A DNA stretch of 64,000 bases, taken from assembly GCA_965370295.1 (NCBI GenBank), contig CBDUSO010000005.1, positions 7,580-71,579 on the forward strand. Direction: 5' to 3'. Made by a program: the position numbers and the translations under genes. Positions 9,492 through 19,985 of this stretch are shown here, in pieces (within the stretch, counting starts at the first letter, position 1; the number at the start of each line of letters is the position of its first letter). A model generated the notes under the pieces. It did no database searches and had not been told where the DNA came from. It worked only from the letters and a program-made list of their open reading frames with translations. Source of the DNA: an uncultured bacterium (GTDB taxonomy: Bacteria; Caldisericota; Caldisericia; JAAYUI01).

Positions 9492-10400
9492 ATGAAAAAG
9501 TGCGCACTCTTTTTTCTAGTTTTGTTGTTGGCGTTAGTATCGGTTGCAGGCTCTGTGACAGTTGCCGAAGAATGTTCTATTGAATGGAAGGTAAATTCAA
9601 AACTCATCACTGTTTGTGGTAAAAAATACAAGATGGATGTTGCTCCGATTCAGGGGTCTGACAATGTTTACATCCCACTTCGTGTTGTCTCCGAGTGGCT
9701 TGGTTTTGACGTTTCCTGGATAGCTGACGAAAGAGCAGTAACCATGAATAACGATAGTACACAAGTAAAACTCTGGATAGACAAAACAGAGATAGTCATC
9801 AATGATGAAACCAAACAACTCACCATCCCGCCGACCATCAAAGACTCACGGACAATGATTTCAACGAATGGTCTGGGTTTGATTCTTGAAAAAAGAGTAG
9901 ATGTTGATGGTAGATACCTTTCGATGAAAGTTGACCTGGACGAAATCTGTTACCGTTGGGTTGATTTTGAATATCCAAAGAATGAGAATCCTGATGAAAC
10001 TATCAAGTTTTCTGATTTAATTAATAAACCAACGACCAAAGCAGTCATCGTTCAAGTCTGGTACACAGAATGTCGACCATGCCACGACCAGCTTGAATTT
10101 TTTGGAGAATTATTCAGAAAATATAATGCTGATGGGTTGGAAATTATCGGTGTTTGTACTGATGGACCGGGGCTTGAAGCGGATAGAGAGGACCTTTTGA
10201 ATGATCTGAAAGTCGATTTCCAGATTGTGCTTGACGAGGACTATTCCATCCAGGCTACTTGGTTTGATCCAGTATTTCCAAATTTTTTCCTTGTGACACC
10301 TGGTGAAAAGTGTATCACGTGGTTCCACGAAAGATATTCAGAGGAAGCAAATGCAAAGCTCGAAGAAATGGTTAAGAGTATGTGCAATATTACTGATTAG
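9492..10400 (+). CDS. Secreted thiol-disulfide oxidoreductase, TlpA/ResA-like thioredoxin fold fused to N-terminal copper-amine-oxidase-N-like wall-associated domain
   Basis: Signal peptide. WYTECRPCHDQ (CxxC) thioredoxin motif; N-terminal IPLRVVSEWLGFDVSW-type domain. Confidence 0.7.
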   Translation: MKKCALFFLVLLLALVSVAGSVTVAEECSIEWKVNSKLITVCGKKYKMDVAPIQGSDNVYIPLRVVSEWLGFDVSWIADERAVTMNNDSTQVKLWIDKTEIVINDETKQLTIPPTIKDSRTMISTNGLGLILEKRVDVDGRYLSMKVDLDEICYRWVDFEYPKNENPDETIKFSDLINKPTTKAVIVQVWYTECRPCHDQLEFFGELFRKYNADGLEIIGVCTDGPGLEADREDLLNDLKVDFQIVLDEDYSIQATWFDPVFPNFFLVTPGEKCITWFHERYSEEANAKLEEMVKSMCNITD

Positions 10401-11265
10401 TTTCCTCGTTATCCCCACTGTGTTTGGTGGGATGGTCAAGATAATCTGGAGAAATGACTGGAGAAATGTCAGGGTTGGTGAGAAAACTTTCAAGACTGAC
10501 GTTGGTCCTCAGCTGGAGAACGGTGAGTATTACTTCCCGCTTCGTTTTCTTGCGGAGTTTATGGGTCACAGGGTATTCTGGTTGGATTATGAAAAATCGG
10601 CGGTTGTGAGGGGTCAGGGAAGAAACCTGAAAATCTGGATGGGTAAATCTGAGTATGAATCGGTGGGTGTGAAAAAGAAATTCAAGTATCCACCAATCAA
10701 TCTGAGATCAAGAATACTCGTCAGCCAGAATTTTATCAAAGAAGAATTTGGACTTGCTACAAAAGAGATTGAGCCGGATAAAGATGGTTATCATCTTGTG
10801 ATGGAGATTGATGAACGCAAACTTCTTCCACATGCACCTGATTTCACTCTTGCTACTGAAAGTGGTGGAACGTTGAATTTTTTGGAAGAATTGAATCGTG
10901 ATGATGTGAAGTGCATCCTGATAAATTTTTGGTCAACTCGATGTCTTCCATGCAACAAGGAGCTACCGGCACTTGTGGTGCTGTATGATAAATACAAGGA
11001 TGATGGATTACAGGTGTTGGGGGTTTGCACTGATTCAAGTCATATGGATGAAGAACGAGCTGACTTGCTGGAAAGGCTTGGAGTCAACTATCCAATTCCG
11101 CTTGACCCGATGGCAGAAACCTACTATACATGGGGTGGATTGGGTGTACCAAATATGACGCTTGTGAACAAAGAGGAGCTTATTGTTTGGCAACATGATG
11201 GATATTCTCCGGATACTCCAGCGGAAGCTGAAATAGAGATCAGGAAGTTGTTGGGGCTTGACTGA
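10351..11265 (+). CDS. Paralogous secreted TlpA-like thiol-disulfide oxidoreductase (tandem duplicate)
   Basis: Start chosen at MQSSKKW (GAGGAAG RBS, signal peptide). FWSTRCLPCNKELP CxxC motif. Same two-domain layout as the upstream gene. Confidence 0.65.
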   Translation: MQSSKKWLRVCAILLISFLVIPTVFGGMVKIIWRNDWRNVRVGEKTFKTDVGPQLENGEYYFPLRFLAEFMGHRVFWLDYEKSAVVRGQGRNLKIWMGKSEYESVGVKKKFKYPPINLRSRILVSQNFIKEEFGLATKEIEPDKDGYHLVMEIDERKLLPHAPDFTLATESGGTLNFLEELNRDDVKCILINFWSTRCLPCNKELPALVVLYDKYKDDGLQVLGVCTDSSHMDEERADLLERLGVNYPIPLDPMAETYYTWGGLGVPNMTLVNKEELIVWQHDGYSPDTPAEAEIEIRKLLGLD

Positions 11266-11378
11266 ATAATACTGGGGTAGGTTTGAAATCTGTCCTGATT
11301 GTAGTTTTTTCTGGAAAAAGAAAATAGCGAAATTCCAAATTTATAGTAAGGGTTGATACTTACAGGATCATAGTAATT

Positions 11379-11406
11379 GTAGGGAACGCAGATCTGCGTT
11401 CCCTAC
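11379..11406. terminator. Perfect 12-bp palindrome (GTAGGGAACGCA GATC TGCGTTCCCTAC) between convergent genes; bidirectional terminator or operator
   Basis: Perfect inverted repeat in the intergenic region between convergent genes; no strong U-tract. Confidence 0.4.
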
Positions 11407-11446
11407 GGAGATAGGATGATCCATGTCTTTCTCACGAAAGTGGGGG

Positions 11447-11902
11447 TCATTTCCACTCCTCTGCGTCATTCCCTTTGAGCCACTCTTTGATTGATTTTAA
11501 AATTTTATCTCGGATAGCTCGAAAAAGTTCTAAACAATTTTTTTCATCTGTGCAGTTTGCGGGATCGTTGAAAACCCATCGTAATCTTGAACCAACATCA
11601 CCATGAAATATTGGACATTCTGCTTCAAACTCAGAGCAAACAGAAATCACAAAATCGAATCGTTTTCCGTCATCTAAATCCTGCCAGTGCTTTGAATAGT
11701 GAGATGAAATATCTATTCCCAACTCTGACATAACCTCGACTGCATATGGATTCAAGGTTGATGGTTTTGAGCCCGCACTAAAGACTTCAAAACTTGAACC
11801 AGCAAGGTCTCGAAGGATAGCTTCTGCCATCTGAGACCTTGCTGAATTTGCTACGCAGAGGAATAAAACTCGTTTCCTCAATTTAGATATTTTTATTCCC
11901 AA
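11447..11902 (-). CDS. arsC: Arsenate reductase, thioredoxin-coupled LMW-PTPase family (ArsC-like)
   Basis: CX5R P-loop (CVANSAR) plus two downstream Cys (SVCSEFEAEC) spaced as in Bacillus/Staphylococcus ArsC. Closely collinear with B. subtilis ArsC. Confidence 0.7.
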   Translation of the reverse strand: MGIKISKLRKRVLFLCVANSARSQMAEAILRDLAGSSFEVFSAGSKPSTLNPYAVEVMSELGIDISSHYSKHWQDLDDGKRFDFVISVCSEFEAECPIFHGDVGSRLRWVFNDPANCTDEKNCLELFRAIRDKILKSIKEWLKGNDAEEWK

Positions 11903-13110
11903 TTCTCCGGGAATGGATGTGGCGGGAGGTCTTTTCTGATTGGTCTGTCTTTTCTGATTCCCAGCTCATAATCTGCACAGATCAATTGCTGAACCTCTCG
12001 TGAGCCTTCATAGATCACGGCACCCTTTGCATTCCTGTAGAATCGCTCTGCAGGGAACTCGTTTGAGTAGCCATATGCACCGTGAACCTGGACGCAGTCG
12101 GATGCGGCAACTTCGGAGGCATCACATGCAAACCATTTTGCAAGAGCGGTTTCCTTGGTGCAACGTTTTCCCTGATTTTTCAACCAGCCGGCTTTGAGAT
12201 TTAAAAGCATTGAGGCTTCATAGTTTGCTTTCATTTTTGAAATCATGGCTTTGACAAGTTGATGGTGACCGATTGGCACGCCAAATGTTTTTCGTGTGTT
12301 TGCATAGGAAACAGAGGCATCAAGACAGGCTCTAACAAGTCCAGTCGCTCCCCAACCAACGGTGTAGCGACCCTGGTCAAGACAGAACATCGCAATTTTA
12401 AATCCTTCACCCTCATGTCCGAGCATGTTTTCCTGGGGGACACGAACCTGATTCATTGAGATGGAACCGGTGTTTCCGGCTCTTACTCCAAGTTTTCCGT
12501 GGATGGATGCTGTCTCAAGTCCTTCCATTCCTCGTTCAAGAATGAATGCAGAAACTCCGGAGTGGTCTCTCTTTTTCATCTTATCAAGGTCTGTCCAGGC
12601 GATGATTATAAAGATTTCAGCAACATCCGACAGAGAAATCCACATCTTCTCACCGGAGAGAATCCAGTCATTTCCGTCTTTGACAGCTTTTGTTTCGAGA
12701 GCGATAACGTCTGTTCCAGCGTTCGGTTCTGTGAGACCAAATGCTCCCAGCCTCTTGCCTGTTGCCATGTCTGGGAGATATTTTTGTCGCTGATCTTCAT
12801 TTCCCCAGGTCAGAATTGGCATCTGGGCAAGCCCGATGTGAACGGACAGGGTTACTCGCATTGCGGTGTCGACGTACTCAAGTTCCTCACATGCAAGCCC
12901 AAGTGAGATGTAGTCAAAACCAGATCCACCATATTTTTCAGGGGTGCAAAGACCCATGATTCCCTGTCTTGCCATCTTTTCTGCTACAATTGGTTGCCAC
13001 TGTGCCTGTTCGTCCCACTCTTTTATGTGCGGGGCAAACTCTCTTGCGGAGAGTTCTCGAACCATCTTTGCGACCATTTTCTGTTCGTCGGTTAATCCAA
13101 AGTTTATCAC
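11893..13110 (-). CDS. Acyl-CoA dehydrogenase (short/medium-chain, butyryl-CoA dehydrogenase-like)
   Basis: 405 aa. ACAD N, middle and C-terminal domain motifs; catalytic Glu region YEGSREVQQLI near C-terminus. Confidence 0.85.
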   Translation of the reverse strand: MINFGLTDEQKMVAKMVRELSAREFAPHIKEWDEQAQWQPIVAEKMARQGIMGLCTPEKYGGSGFDYISLGLACEELEYVDTAMRVTLSVHIGLAQMPILTWGNEDQRQKYLPDMATGKRLGAFGLTEPNAGTDVIALETKAVKDGNDWILSGEKMWISLSDVAEIFIIIAWTDLDKMKKRDHSGVSAFILERGMEGLETASIHGKLGVRAGNTGSISMNQVRVPQENMLGHEGEGFKIAMFCLDQGRYTVGWGATGLVRACLDASVSYANTRKTFGVPIGHHQLVKAMISKMKANYEASMLLNLKAGWLKNQGKRCTKETALAKWFACDASEVAASDCVQVHGAYGYSNEFPAERFYRNAKGAVIYEGSREVQQLICADYELGIRKDRPIRKDLPPHPFPENWE

Positions 13111-13122
13111 TTTCAGCCTCCT

Positions 13123-14556
13123 TTAAGTATTGGAATTCTTCAGTAAATTTGCTATTTCAAATGCACTTCCTCGAATCTGTCCGGGAGGATGTCCACTCAG
13201 GAATATGACCTCATCTTTTTTCAAACCATCCAAAACAGTTCCTGGAATATCTCTGTAGGAATCAACAATATACACTTTGCATGTTGGGTTATTTTTAACG
13301 ATTGCATCTGAAATTCCATGTTTGTTTACTCCCCATTTGTTTTCGTCGGACGCAGATGCTGGGGATGCGATGTATCTGTCGTTCTCACCAAGATTTTCTT
13401 TGATGACCTTTGCATATTCATCAGCCAGGTAGAATACACGGGAGTAACGAACTGGCTGGTGAACGATGCAGAGCGGTTTGTTGGGATAATACTGTTTGAG
13501 TGTTTTTACTCCAGCAAGAAGCTCGCTTGGATGTCCTGCGTCATCATCAAAAATGATGTGACCAGAAACAACATCTATCGGTTCGATTCGTCTTTTTAAC
13601 CCGGAATAACTTGCAAGATGAGAGATTGCGTTTCTGATCGAAACACCAAATTGGGCAGAACCCGCAATCGCAGAGAGTGCATCCAGTACGTTGTGGTCAC
13701 CGGGAACAATTAGGTTAAGAGTTCCCATCAATCTGTCTTTGAAATAGATGTGAGTTTCGGTTTTTGTTCGGTATCCGTTGGTTGAGTGTTTTGTGATTCC
13801 TGCTCTCAGGTCAGCAGATTCACTTTTTCCGAATGTCAGTAAACCTGTACAGCCAGCAACAAGTTTCCTGGTGTTTTCATCATCGATATTCAAAATCTGA
13901 ACACCGTTATTTTTTATAGACTTTGAGACAAATTCTTTGAATTCAGATATGAGTTGATTCAAGTCAAAGTTGTAGAATTCCAGATGCTCCGGGTCGATGC
14001 ATAGTACCACACAGTTTTTTTCATCATACCTGAGAAATCCATGGTCAGATTCATCTGTTTCAAGGATTAACCATTCAGATTCTGTGTCCCAGTGGGCTTC
14101 AGGTGTTCCATCTCGCATTTCGGAGCCGAAGTACCAGGAAAATTTTATTCCCTCTTTTTTCAGGATATGGGTCAACATGCCGGTGGCTGTTGATTTGCCA
14201 TGAGAACCTGCAACAGCATGGATTGTTTTTGAGTTTGCAAGTTCTGCCATAGCTGTTGTTCTGAGAATCACAGGAATATTTTGTTCATAAGCCTTCATGA
14301 CCTCAGGATTTTCATCAGGAATAATTGCTGAGCGAATGACCAGCGATGGACTTTCAAGATTTTCTTTGCTGTGCCCATTGAAAACTTTTATTCCCAAATC
14401 TTCAAGATTGGTTACCGCCGGTCTGTCCGTGTTGATGTCTGAGCCTGTTAATTTGAAACCCATTTGATGAAGAATTAAAGCCAATGCCCGCATTCCAGTT
14501 CCACCAATCGCAATCATGTGGATGTGTGAACCTCTGGATAAATCAGCGATTTTCAT
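13123..14556 (-). CDS. murC: UDP-N-acetylmuramate--L-alanine ligase
   Basis: N-terminal IHMIAIGGTGMRALALIL Rossmann motif and GSHGKSTATGML P-loop. 477 aa. Confidence 0.85.
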   Translation of the reverse strand: MKIADLSRGSHIHMIAIGGTGMRALALILHQMGFKLTGSDINTDRPAVTNLEDLGIKVFNGHSKENLESPSLVIRSAIIPDENPEVMKAYEQNIPVILRTTAMAELANSKTIHAVAGSHGKSTATGMLTHILKKEGIKFSWYFGSEMRDGTPEAHWDTESEWLILETDESDHGFLRYDEKNCVVLCIDPEHLEFYNFDLNQLISEFKEFVSKSIKNNGVQILNIDDENTRKLVAGCTGLLTFGKSESADLRAGITKHSTNGYRTKTETHIYFKDRLMGTLNLIVPGDHNVLDALSAIAGSAQFGVSIRNAISHLASYSGLKRRIEPIDVVSGHIIFDDDAGHPSELLAGVKTLKQYYPNKPLCIVHQPVRYSRVFYLADEYAKVIKENLGENDRYIASPASASDENKWGVNKHGISDAIVKNNPTCKVYIVDSYRDIPGTVLDGLKKDEVIFLSGHPPGQIRGSAFEIANLLKNSNT

Positions 14557-14559
14557 TGG

Positions 14560-15882
14560 TCAGTCCACTCTTTTTATGTCCGCACCAAGTGAGCGGAGTT
14601 TGCTCTCAATATCTTCATATCCTCGTTCGATGTGTTCGATGTCTTCAACGATTGTTTCACCATCGGCGATAAGACCTGCGAGAATGAGACTCACTCCTCC
14701 TCGAAGATCAAATGATTTGACAACTGATCCCTTGAGTCCTGAAACTCCGTTTACCCTGATCGTTCTACCCTCAGACTCGATGTCAGCCCCCATTTTTACA
14801 AGTTCGGGAACCGAGCTGAATCTGTTTTCAAAAATTGTTTCAGTGATGACAGAAACTCCATCTGCAACCGACAACATGCTGGTCATCTGGGGTTGGAGAT
14901 CGGTTGGAAATCCGGGGTAGGGAAGGGTTCTGATGTTCATCGCTTTAGGTCTTTTCTTACCTTTTATCCTGATTCGGTTTCCACCTTCGACCCTGACTGA
15001 AATTCCTGCCTCTTGAAGTTTGAAGATTAGGGAATCTACATGGGACGGATTTATCGGACCGATTGAAATATTTCCACCAGTCATTGCCCCCGCAATCATG
15101 TATGTGCCGACTTCAATTCTGTCTGGCATTATGCTGTGGCTTGTGGGTTTCAGCTCTTTTCTTCCGATGATGTGAATTGTTTCTGTGCCTGCACCAGAAA
15201 TATTTACACCACAGGCTCTCAAAAAGTTTGCAAGGTCAACAATCTCAGGTTCTTTTGCACAGTTTTCGATTGTGGTTTCACCTTCGGCTCTGCACCCTGC
15301 AATCATGATATTTTCGGTTGCACCGACTGATGGAAAGTCCAGGAAAACACTTGCCCCCTTCAATCCATTCTCTGCCTTGATCTGGATTTTATTTCCAACA
15401 GTTTTAATTGATGCACCAAGAGCTTCAAATCCCTTGAAGTGCATATCCATCGGTCTTGCTCCAATACTGCAACCACCGAGAGACTCTAGAGTTACTTCAT
15501 TATTTCTGGCAAGCAATGCCCCAAGAAGAGTTTGGCTACCGCGGATTCTGTTGGTTCTTTCACCGGCAACGTCTGATTTTACCACCCCAGTTGCATCAAG
15601 AGACCATGAGTGTTTATTAATTTTTTTTACCCTCAAACCCAAGCTTCTCATCATGCCAAGCAACAGAACTGGATCATGTTTTGTTGGAACATTGTGAAGC
15701 GTGACTGTACCTTGAATCATGCAACAGGCAGTGATGATTGGCATTGCAGAATTTTTAGCACCGCTTGTTTCAATTCTTCCTGAGAGTTTTTTGCAACCTT
15801 TGATTACGAATTTGCTCAATTTATAACCCCCATCTGTTTGCGATGAAATTTCGGATTCTTTCTGATGCTTTTCCATCACCAA
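14560..15882 (-). CDS. murA: UDP-N-acetylglucosamine 1-carboxyvinyltransferase
   Basis: SGAKNSAMPI near N-terminus and catalytic Cys loop region. 440 aa with short N-extension; overlaps wecB end (start may be later/non-ATG). Confidence 0.85.
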   Translation of the reverse strand: MVMEKHQKESEISSQTDGGYKLSKFVIKGCKKLSGRIETSGAKNSAMPIITACCMIQGTVTLHNVPTKHDPVLLLGMMRSLGLRVKKINKHSWSLDATGVVKSDVAGERTNRIRGSQTLLGALLARNNEVTLESLGGCSIGARPMDMHFKGFEALGASIKTVGNKIQIKAENGLKGASVFLDFPSVGATENIMIAGCRAEGETTIENCAKEPEIVDLANFLRACGVNISGAGTETIHIIGRKELKPTSHSIMPDRIEVGTYMIAGAMTGGNISIGPINPSHVDSLIFKLQEAGISVRVEGGNRIRIKGKKRPKAMNIRTLPYPGFPTDLQPQMTSMLSVADGVSVITETIFENRFSSVPELVKMGADIESEGRTIRVNGVSGLKGSVVKSFDLRGGVSLILAGLIADGETIVEDIEHIERGYEDIESKLRSLGADIKRVD

Positions 15883-16936
15883 AAGGATTCACCTTTGGAA
15901 TCATTTCTGAGCGTTTGTTTTCATTGGTCAGAATTGATTTCGCCTCGTTGTAAACTCGTTGTTCATCTGTCCCAACAAGTTTGCAGATTCCGCAATCAAG
16001 AGCTTCCGGTCTTTCAGTTACCTCTCTCAAAAGCAAAACTGGAACTGAGAGTGATGCCGCCTCTTCCTGGATTCCACCAGAATCAGACAGTATCAGGTAT
16101 GAGTTACTCATGAGGTTGAGAAAGTGCTGGTAATCAAGTGGTTCGACCAGATGAACTCGGTCTAAACCAGAAAGAATCGGTGAGATTATTTCTCTGACTC
16201 TTGGGTTCAGGTGCCACGGGAAAACAAATCGAACATCTGGAAGCTCGGTGTGCAAACGAAGAATTGCACGACAAACTGATTGAAGTGGGTTGCCCCAGCT
16301 CTCTCTTCTGTGCATGGTGATGGTCACAAGTTTTTCATTTGATTTTTTCTCAACCGGAAGTGGGAGATTGTGGTTGATTCTGTTTATCTGGTGAAGTGCA
16401 TCAACAACTGTGTTGCCGGTGACGACTATGTTTTCAGAGGTAATCCCCTCTTTTAAAATATTGTTCTTTGCACTTTCGGTTGGGGCAAAGTGAAACTTGC
16501 AGAGGTGGTCGGTCAACACACGATTAACTTCCTCCGGGTATGGATTCATCGTGTTGTAGCTACGAAGACCTGCTTCAACATGACCACAAGGAATTGGAGG
16601 AGTAGCATAAAATGATGCCAAAGCCCCTGCAAAGGTTGTGGTTGTGTCACCGTGGACAAGGACAAGGTCTGGTTGCTCACCTTTCAAAATATCCTCAAGA
16701 CCAAGAAGAACTTTGGTTGTGATGCCACCCAAACTCTGTGCTTTTCGCATTATTTTCAGGTCATAATCAGGTTGAATTTTGAAGAGTTCAAGTACCTGAT
16801 CCAGCATTTCTCGATGTTGAGCAGTCACCACGACTACCGTTTCAAACCTTTTGTCAGATTCAAGAACCTTAACAAGAGGTGCCATCTTTATGGCTTCAGG
16901 TCTTGTGCCAAATATCAAAAGTATTTTCATATTCAT
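15821..16936 (-). CDS. wecB: UDP-N-acetylglucosamine 2-epimerase (non-hydrolysing)
   Basis: Start at MNMKILLIFGTRPEAIKMAPL (canonical epimerase N-terminus). The long ORF's N-extension is discarded. Confidence 0.85.
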   Translation of the reverse strand: MNMKILLIFGTRPEAIKMAPLVKVLESDKRFETVVVVTAQHREMLDQVLELFKIQPDYDLKIMRKAQSLGGITTKVLLGLEDILKGEQPDLVLVHGDTTTTFAGALASFYATPPIPCGHVEAGLRSYNTMNPYPEEVNRVLTDHLCKFHFAPTESAKNNILKEGITSENIVVTGNTVVDALHQINRINHNLPLPVEKKSNEKLVTITMHRRESWGNPLQSVCRAILRLHTELPDVRFVFPWHLNPRVREIISPILSGLDRVHLVEPLDYQHFLNLMSNSYLILSDSGGIQEEAASLSVPVLLLREVTERPEALDCGICKLVGTDEQRVYNEAKSILTNENKRSEMIPKVNPFGDGKASERIRNFIANRWGL

Positions 16937-16938
16937 TG

Positions 16939-17892
16939 TTACCTTATCACAAATACGTAGAGTGCAAGTGCCGAAAATATTGCAGTTATCGCGTAAAATA
17001 CAAGAACTACCCCTCGCACAGACCAACCTTTTTTTATCAACTGGTAGTGAAGATTATCCATATCTCCTTTGAACGGTGATTTCTTATTTTTTATTCGTCT
17101 GAGTGCTGAATAAAAAACATCAGCCATTGGGATGAACAAAGCCAGGAATGAAACACCAAGAACAACGGCTGTGGTTGCTTTTGCGGTTCCCCAGATTGCT
17201 GAAACTGCAATCAAGTATCCAATAAAATGGGAGCCGTTATCTCCAAGATAAATCTTTGCAGGTTCAAAATTAAAAGGGAGGAATCCAGCAGAAGCACCGG
17301 CAAGGCAGATGAGTAAAATGGCGGGAGCATACAACCCTACTGAAAGAGACACGATTGCACTTGTAATGCAGACAATCATGGTGATTCCGCTTGCCAGACC
17401 ATCAAGACCATCAATAAAATTGACAGCATTTACAACCAGAATAATCCAGAGATAGGTGAGTGGAATTGCCAACCAGCCGACAGAAAACCATCCAGAATTG
17501 ACAACATTTGTCAGGTATGCAATTCGATAACCTGCCAGGATTGGAGGGGTCGCGGCAAGAATTTGTCCGGCAAATTTTATCCATGGTGAGAGCTTGTATT
17601 TGTCATCGATGAGCATGAATACTGTGATGATGATGGCACCAGCAATGATACTCCACGATGAAAGATCAAACTTTGAAAATATCAGAAACGGGATGAATAC
17701 GGCAATAAATATACTCAAACCACCAGTTCTTGGAGTTATCTTCGAGGTTATCTTTGTCTGTCCGGATGGAGTTTTTTCACCTGACTTATCGGTTATTCCA
17801 AATCGTTTTCCAAACCAGATTGCAACTGGAGTCAGTACTGCACTAAAGCCTGCAGACACAAGGAAAATGAGTGGGAGAAGCCAATAATTCAT
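16939..17892 (-). CDS. wecA: Undecaprenyl-phosphate GlcNAc-1-phosphate transferase (WecA/TagO family, glycosyltransferase family 4)
   Basis: NAVNFIDGLDGLASG motif, polytopic, 317 aa. Lacks the MraY-specific HHH tail. Confidence 0.75.
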   Translation of the reverse strand: MNYWLLPLIFLVSAGFSAVLTPVAIWFGKRFGITDKSGEKTPSGQTKITSKITPRTGGLSIFIAVFIPFLIFSKFDLSSWSIIAGAIIITVFMLIDDKYKLSPWIKFAGQILAATPPILAGYRIAYLTNVVNSGWFSVGWLAIPLTYLWIILVVNAVNFIDGLDGLASGITMIVCITSAIVSLSVGLYAPAILLICLAGASAGFLPFNFEPAKIYLGDNGSHFIGYLIAVSAIWGTAKATTAVVLGVSFLALFIPMADVFYSALRRIKNKKSPFKGDMDNLHYQLIKKGWSVRGVVLVFYAITAIFSALALYVFVIR

Positions 17893-19142
17893 TACAGGTA
17901 GGAGACACCCTCGTAGAGTGGGAATTTATCTGTTAGGTTGGTGACTTCTTTTTTAAGAGTTGCCAGAACTTTTTCGTCATTCCTGTTTGCAACAGCTTTT
18001 GTTATGATGCCGGCAATCTGCTCCATGTCAGTTTCTTTCATTCCGCGGGTAGTGAGTGAGGGGGTGCCAAGTCTCATGCCAGATGGATTCATTGGAGGTG
18101 CAGGGTCAAATGGGATTGCATTTTTATTGATTGTGATTCCGATTGATTCACAGAGGTCTTCGGTCTCGCTTCCACCAATATCTTTTGGTCGAAGGTCAAC
18201 AAGCATGAGGTGGTTGTCTGTTCCACCAGAAACAATTCTGAAGCCGTTTGCAGCAAGTGAGTTTGCAAGTGCTGATGCATTCTTTACTGTCTGTTCCTGG
18301 TAAGCCTTAAAATCATTGTCCATTGCTTCTTTGAAGCATACTGCTTTGGCAGCGATAACGTGCATGAGAGGTCCACCCTGAATTCCAGGGAAAACTGCTT
18401 TTCTGACTTCTTTTCTCATGGCTTTTGTTGAGAGAATCATTCCGCCACGAGGTCCTCGGAGAGTTTTGTGGGTTGTTGTTGTAACGATGTCTGCATGAGG
18501 AATTGGTGATGGGTGAATTCCGACCGCAACCAACCCAGCAATGTGTGCCATGTCAACCATGAGATATGCACCGACACCCTTTGCGATTTTTGAGATTCGT
18601 TCAAAGTCAAAGAAACGAGGATAAGCAGAAGCTCCTGCCACGATGAGCTTTGGTTTGTGTTCGTTTGCGAGTCGTTCCATCTCGTCGTAATCAAGAATTT
18701 CAGTTTCTTTGTTTACGCCATATGGGACAACGTTGAACCATTTTCCAGACATTGTGATTGGGTGTCCGTGTGTGAGGTGTCCGCCGTGGTCGAGTTTCAT
18801 CCCCATGAATGTGTCACCGGGGCTGAGCGTGGCAAAGAATCCTGCCATGTTTGCCTGGGCTCCTGAGTGAGGTTGAACATTTGCATACTCTGCACCAAAG
18901 ATTTCTTTGGCACGTCTGATTGCGAGGCGTTCTGCAATGTCTAGGAATTCACATCCCCCGTAGTATCTTTTTCCGGGATAACCTTCGGCATACTTGTTTG
19001 TTGCCATTGAGCCAAGGGCTTCAAGAACTGCCTGGCTCACAAAGTTTTCAGATGCGATAAGCTCGATATTCCCTCGTTGACGACCCAATTCCAGCTCAAG
19101 AGAATCTGCAATCTCTGGATCAATTCTGTTTAATTCACTCAT
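17892..19142 (-). CDS. glyA: Serine hydroxymethyltransferase
   Basis: [13 protein letters not shown] and PLP-Lys region [11 protein letters not shown] conserved. 416 aa. Confidence 0.9.
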   Translation of the reverse strand: MSELNRIDPEIADSLELELGRQRGNIELIASENFVSQAVLEALGSMATNKYAEGYPGKRYYGGCEFLDIAERLAIRRAKEIFGAEYANVQPHSGAQANMAGFFATLSPGDTFMGMKLDHGGHLTHGHPITMSGKWFNVVPYGVNKETEILDYDEMERLANEHKPKLIVAGASAYPRFFDFERISKIAKGVGAYLMVDMAHIAGLVAVGIHPSPIPHADIVTTTTHKTLRGPRGGMILSTKAMRKEVRKAVFPGIQGGPLMHVIAAKAVCFKEAMDNDFKAYQEQTVKNASALANSLAANGFRIVSGGTDNHLMLVDLRPKDIGGSETEDLCESIGITINKNAIPFDPAPPMNPSGMRLGTPSLTTRGMKETDMEQIAGIITKAVANRNDEKVLATLKKEVTNLTDKFPLYEGVSYL

Positions 19143-19591
19143 TCTTTTTCCTCCAGTTTTGTTATTTTGTCCACTCGTCTCTTATGACGACCACCTTCAA
19201 ATTCGGTTGAAATAAATTCTGAAACTATGTCTGTTGCAAGCACAGAACCGATTGTTCTTGCTCCCAGACAGAGAATGTTTGCGTTGTTGTGCTGGCGTGA
19301 AAGTCTTGCCATTGTTGTATTTGTGCAATTTGTTGCTCGAATATTTTTTATTTTATTTGCACTGATTGCCATTCCGATTCCAGTTCCACAGATAAGGATT
19401 CCAAAATCTGATTCATTTTTTGAAACATGACGTGCAACTTTTTCTGCAAAGTCTGGATAATCAACACTTTCATCGGAGTTTGTTCCAAAATCTGTAACTG
19501 AAAAATCTAAATCTTTCAGGAACTTGATAACTAAATCCTTGAGTTCAAATCCACCGTGGTCACTTGCAATTACAACAGATTTATTTTTCAT
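19139..19591 (-). CDS. rpiB: Ribose-5-phosphate isomerase B
   Basis: 150 aa. N-terminal [13 protein letters not shown] and [12 protein letters not shown] motifs. Confidence 0.85.
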   Translation of the reverse strand: MKNKSVVIASDHGGFELKDLVIKFLKDLDFSVTDFGTNSDESVDYPDFAEKVARHVSKNESDFGILICGTGIGMAISANKIKNIRATNCTNTTMARLSRQHNNANILCLGARTIGSVLATDIVSEFISTEFEGGRHKRRVDKITKLEEKE

Positions 19592-19686
19592 CGAGTGTGA
19601 TATTAGTTTGAATACTACGAAATTTCAAGGTGAAAATTGATTTCTATTTGAGGGTGATTTTTTGGTTCTCATCTTTGTACCATCCT

Positions 19687-19836
19687 CGTCATTCCCGTGA
19701 AAACGGGAATCCAGGGTAGTAAAAAAGCGTGTGTGGAATTAAAAAAATCATAGTTCAACCTGAAACTTTCTCTGTCTTTTCAAAAATATTCACACGAATT
19801 CAAGAATCCTGGATTCCGCATCAAGTGCGGAATGAC
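19687..19836. repeat. Copy A of a ~140-150 bp hairpin-terminated repeat (MITE/REP-like) flanking the lipoprotein islet
   Basis: Shares 29/29 nt (CGTCATTCCCGTGAAAACGGGAATCCAGG) and a second block (CAAAAATATTCACACGAATT...CCTGGATTCC + hairpin) with a copy at 21893-22027. Middle segment divergent. Confidence 0.6.
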
Positions 19837-19853
19837 AAAAGGGGAGAAACGTC

Positions 19854-19985
19854 ATTCTGAACTTGATTCAGAATCTCCTTGTTCACACCCAAATCGAAAT
19901 AAATGAGATTCCGTGTTGTAGCACGGAATGATCCCTCTCTTTTTACCCCCCCCTTTTTTTTGAAGGGGGTAGGGGGGGTATGACG
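19854..19985. repeat. Additional ATTC-stem hairpins (19854-19874, 19908-19929) followed by C8/T8/G5/G7 homopolymer tracts
   Basis: attctgaa cttga ttcagaat and attccgtg ttgtag cacggaat perfect hairpins; then ccccccccttttttttgaagggggtagggggggt. Confidence 0.5.
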
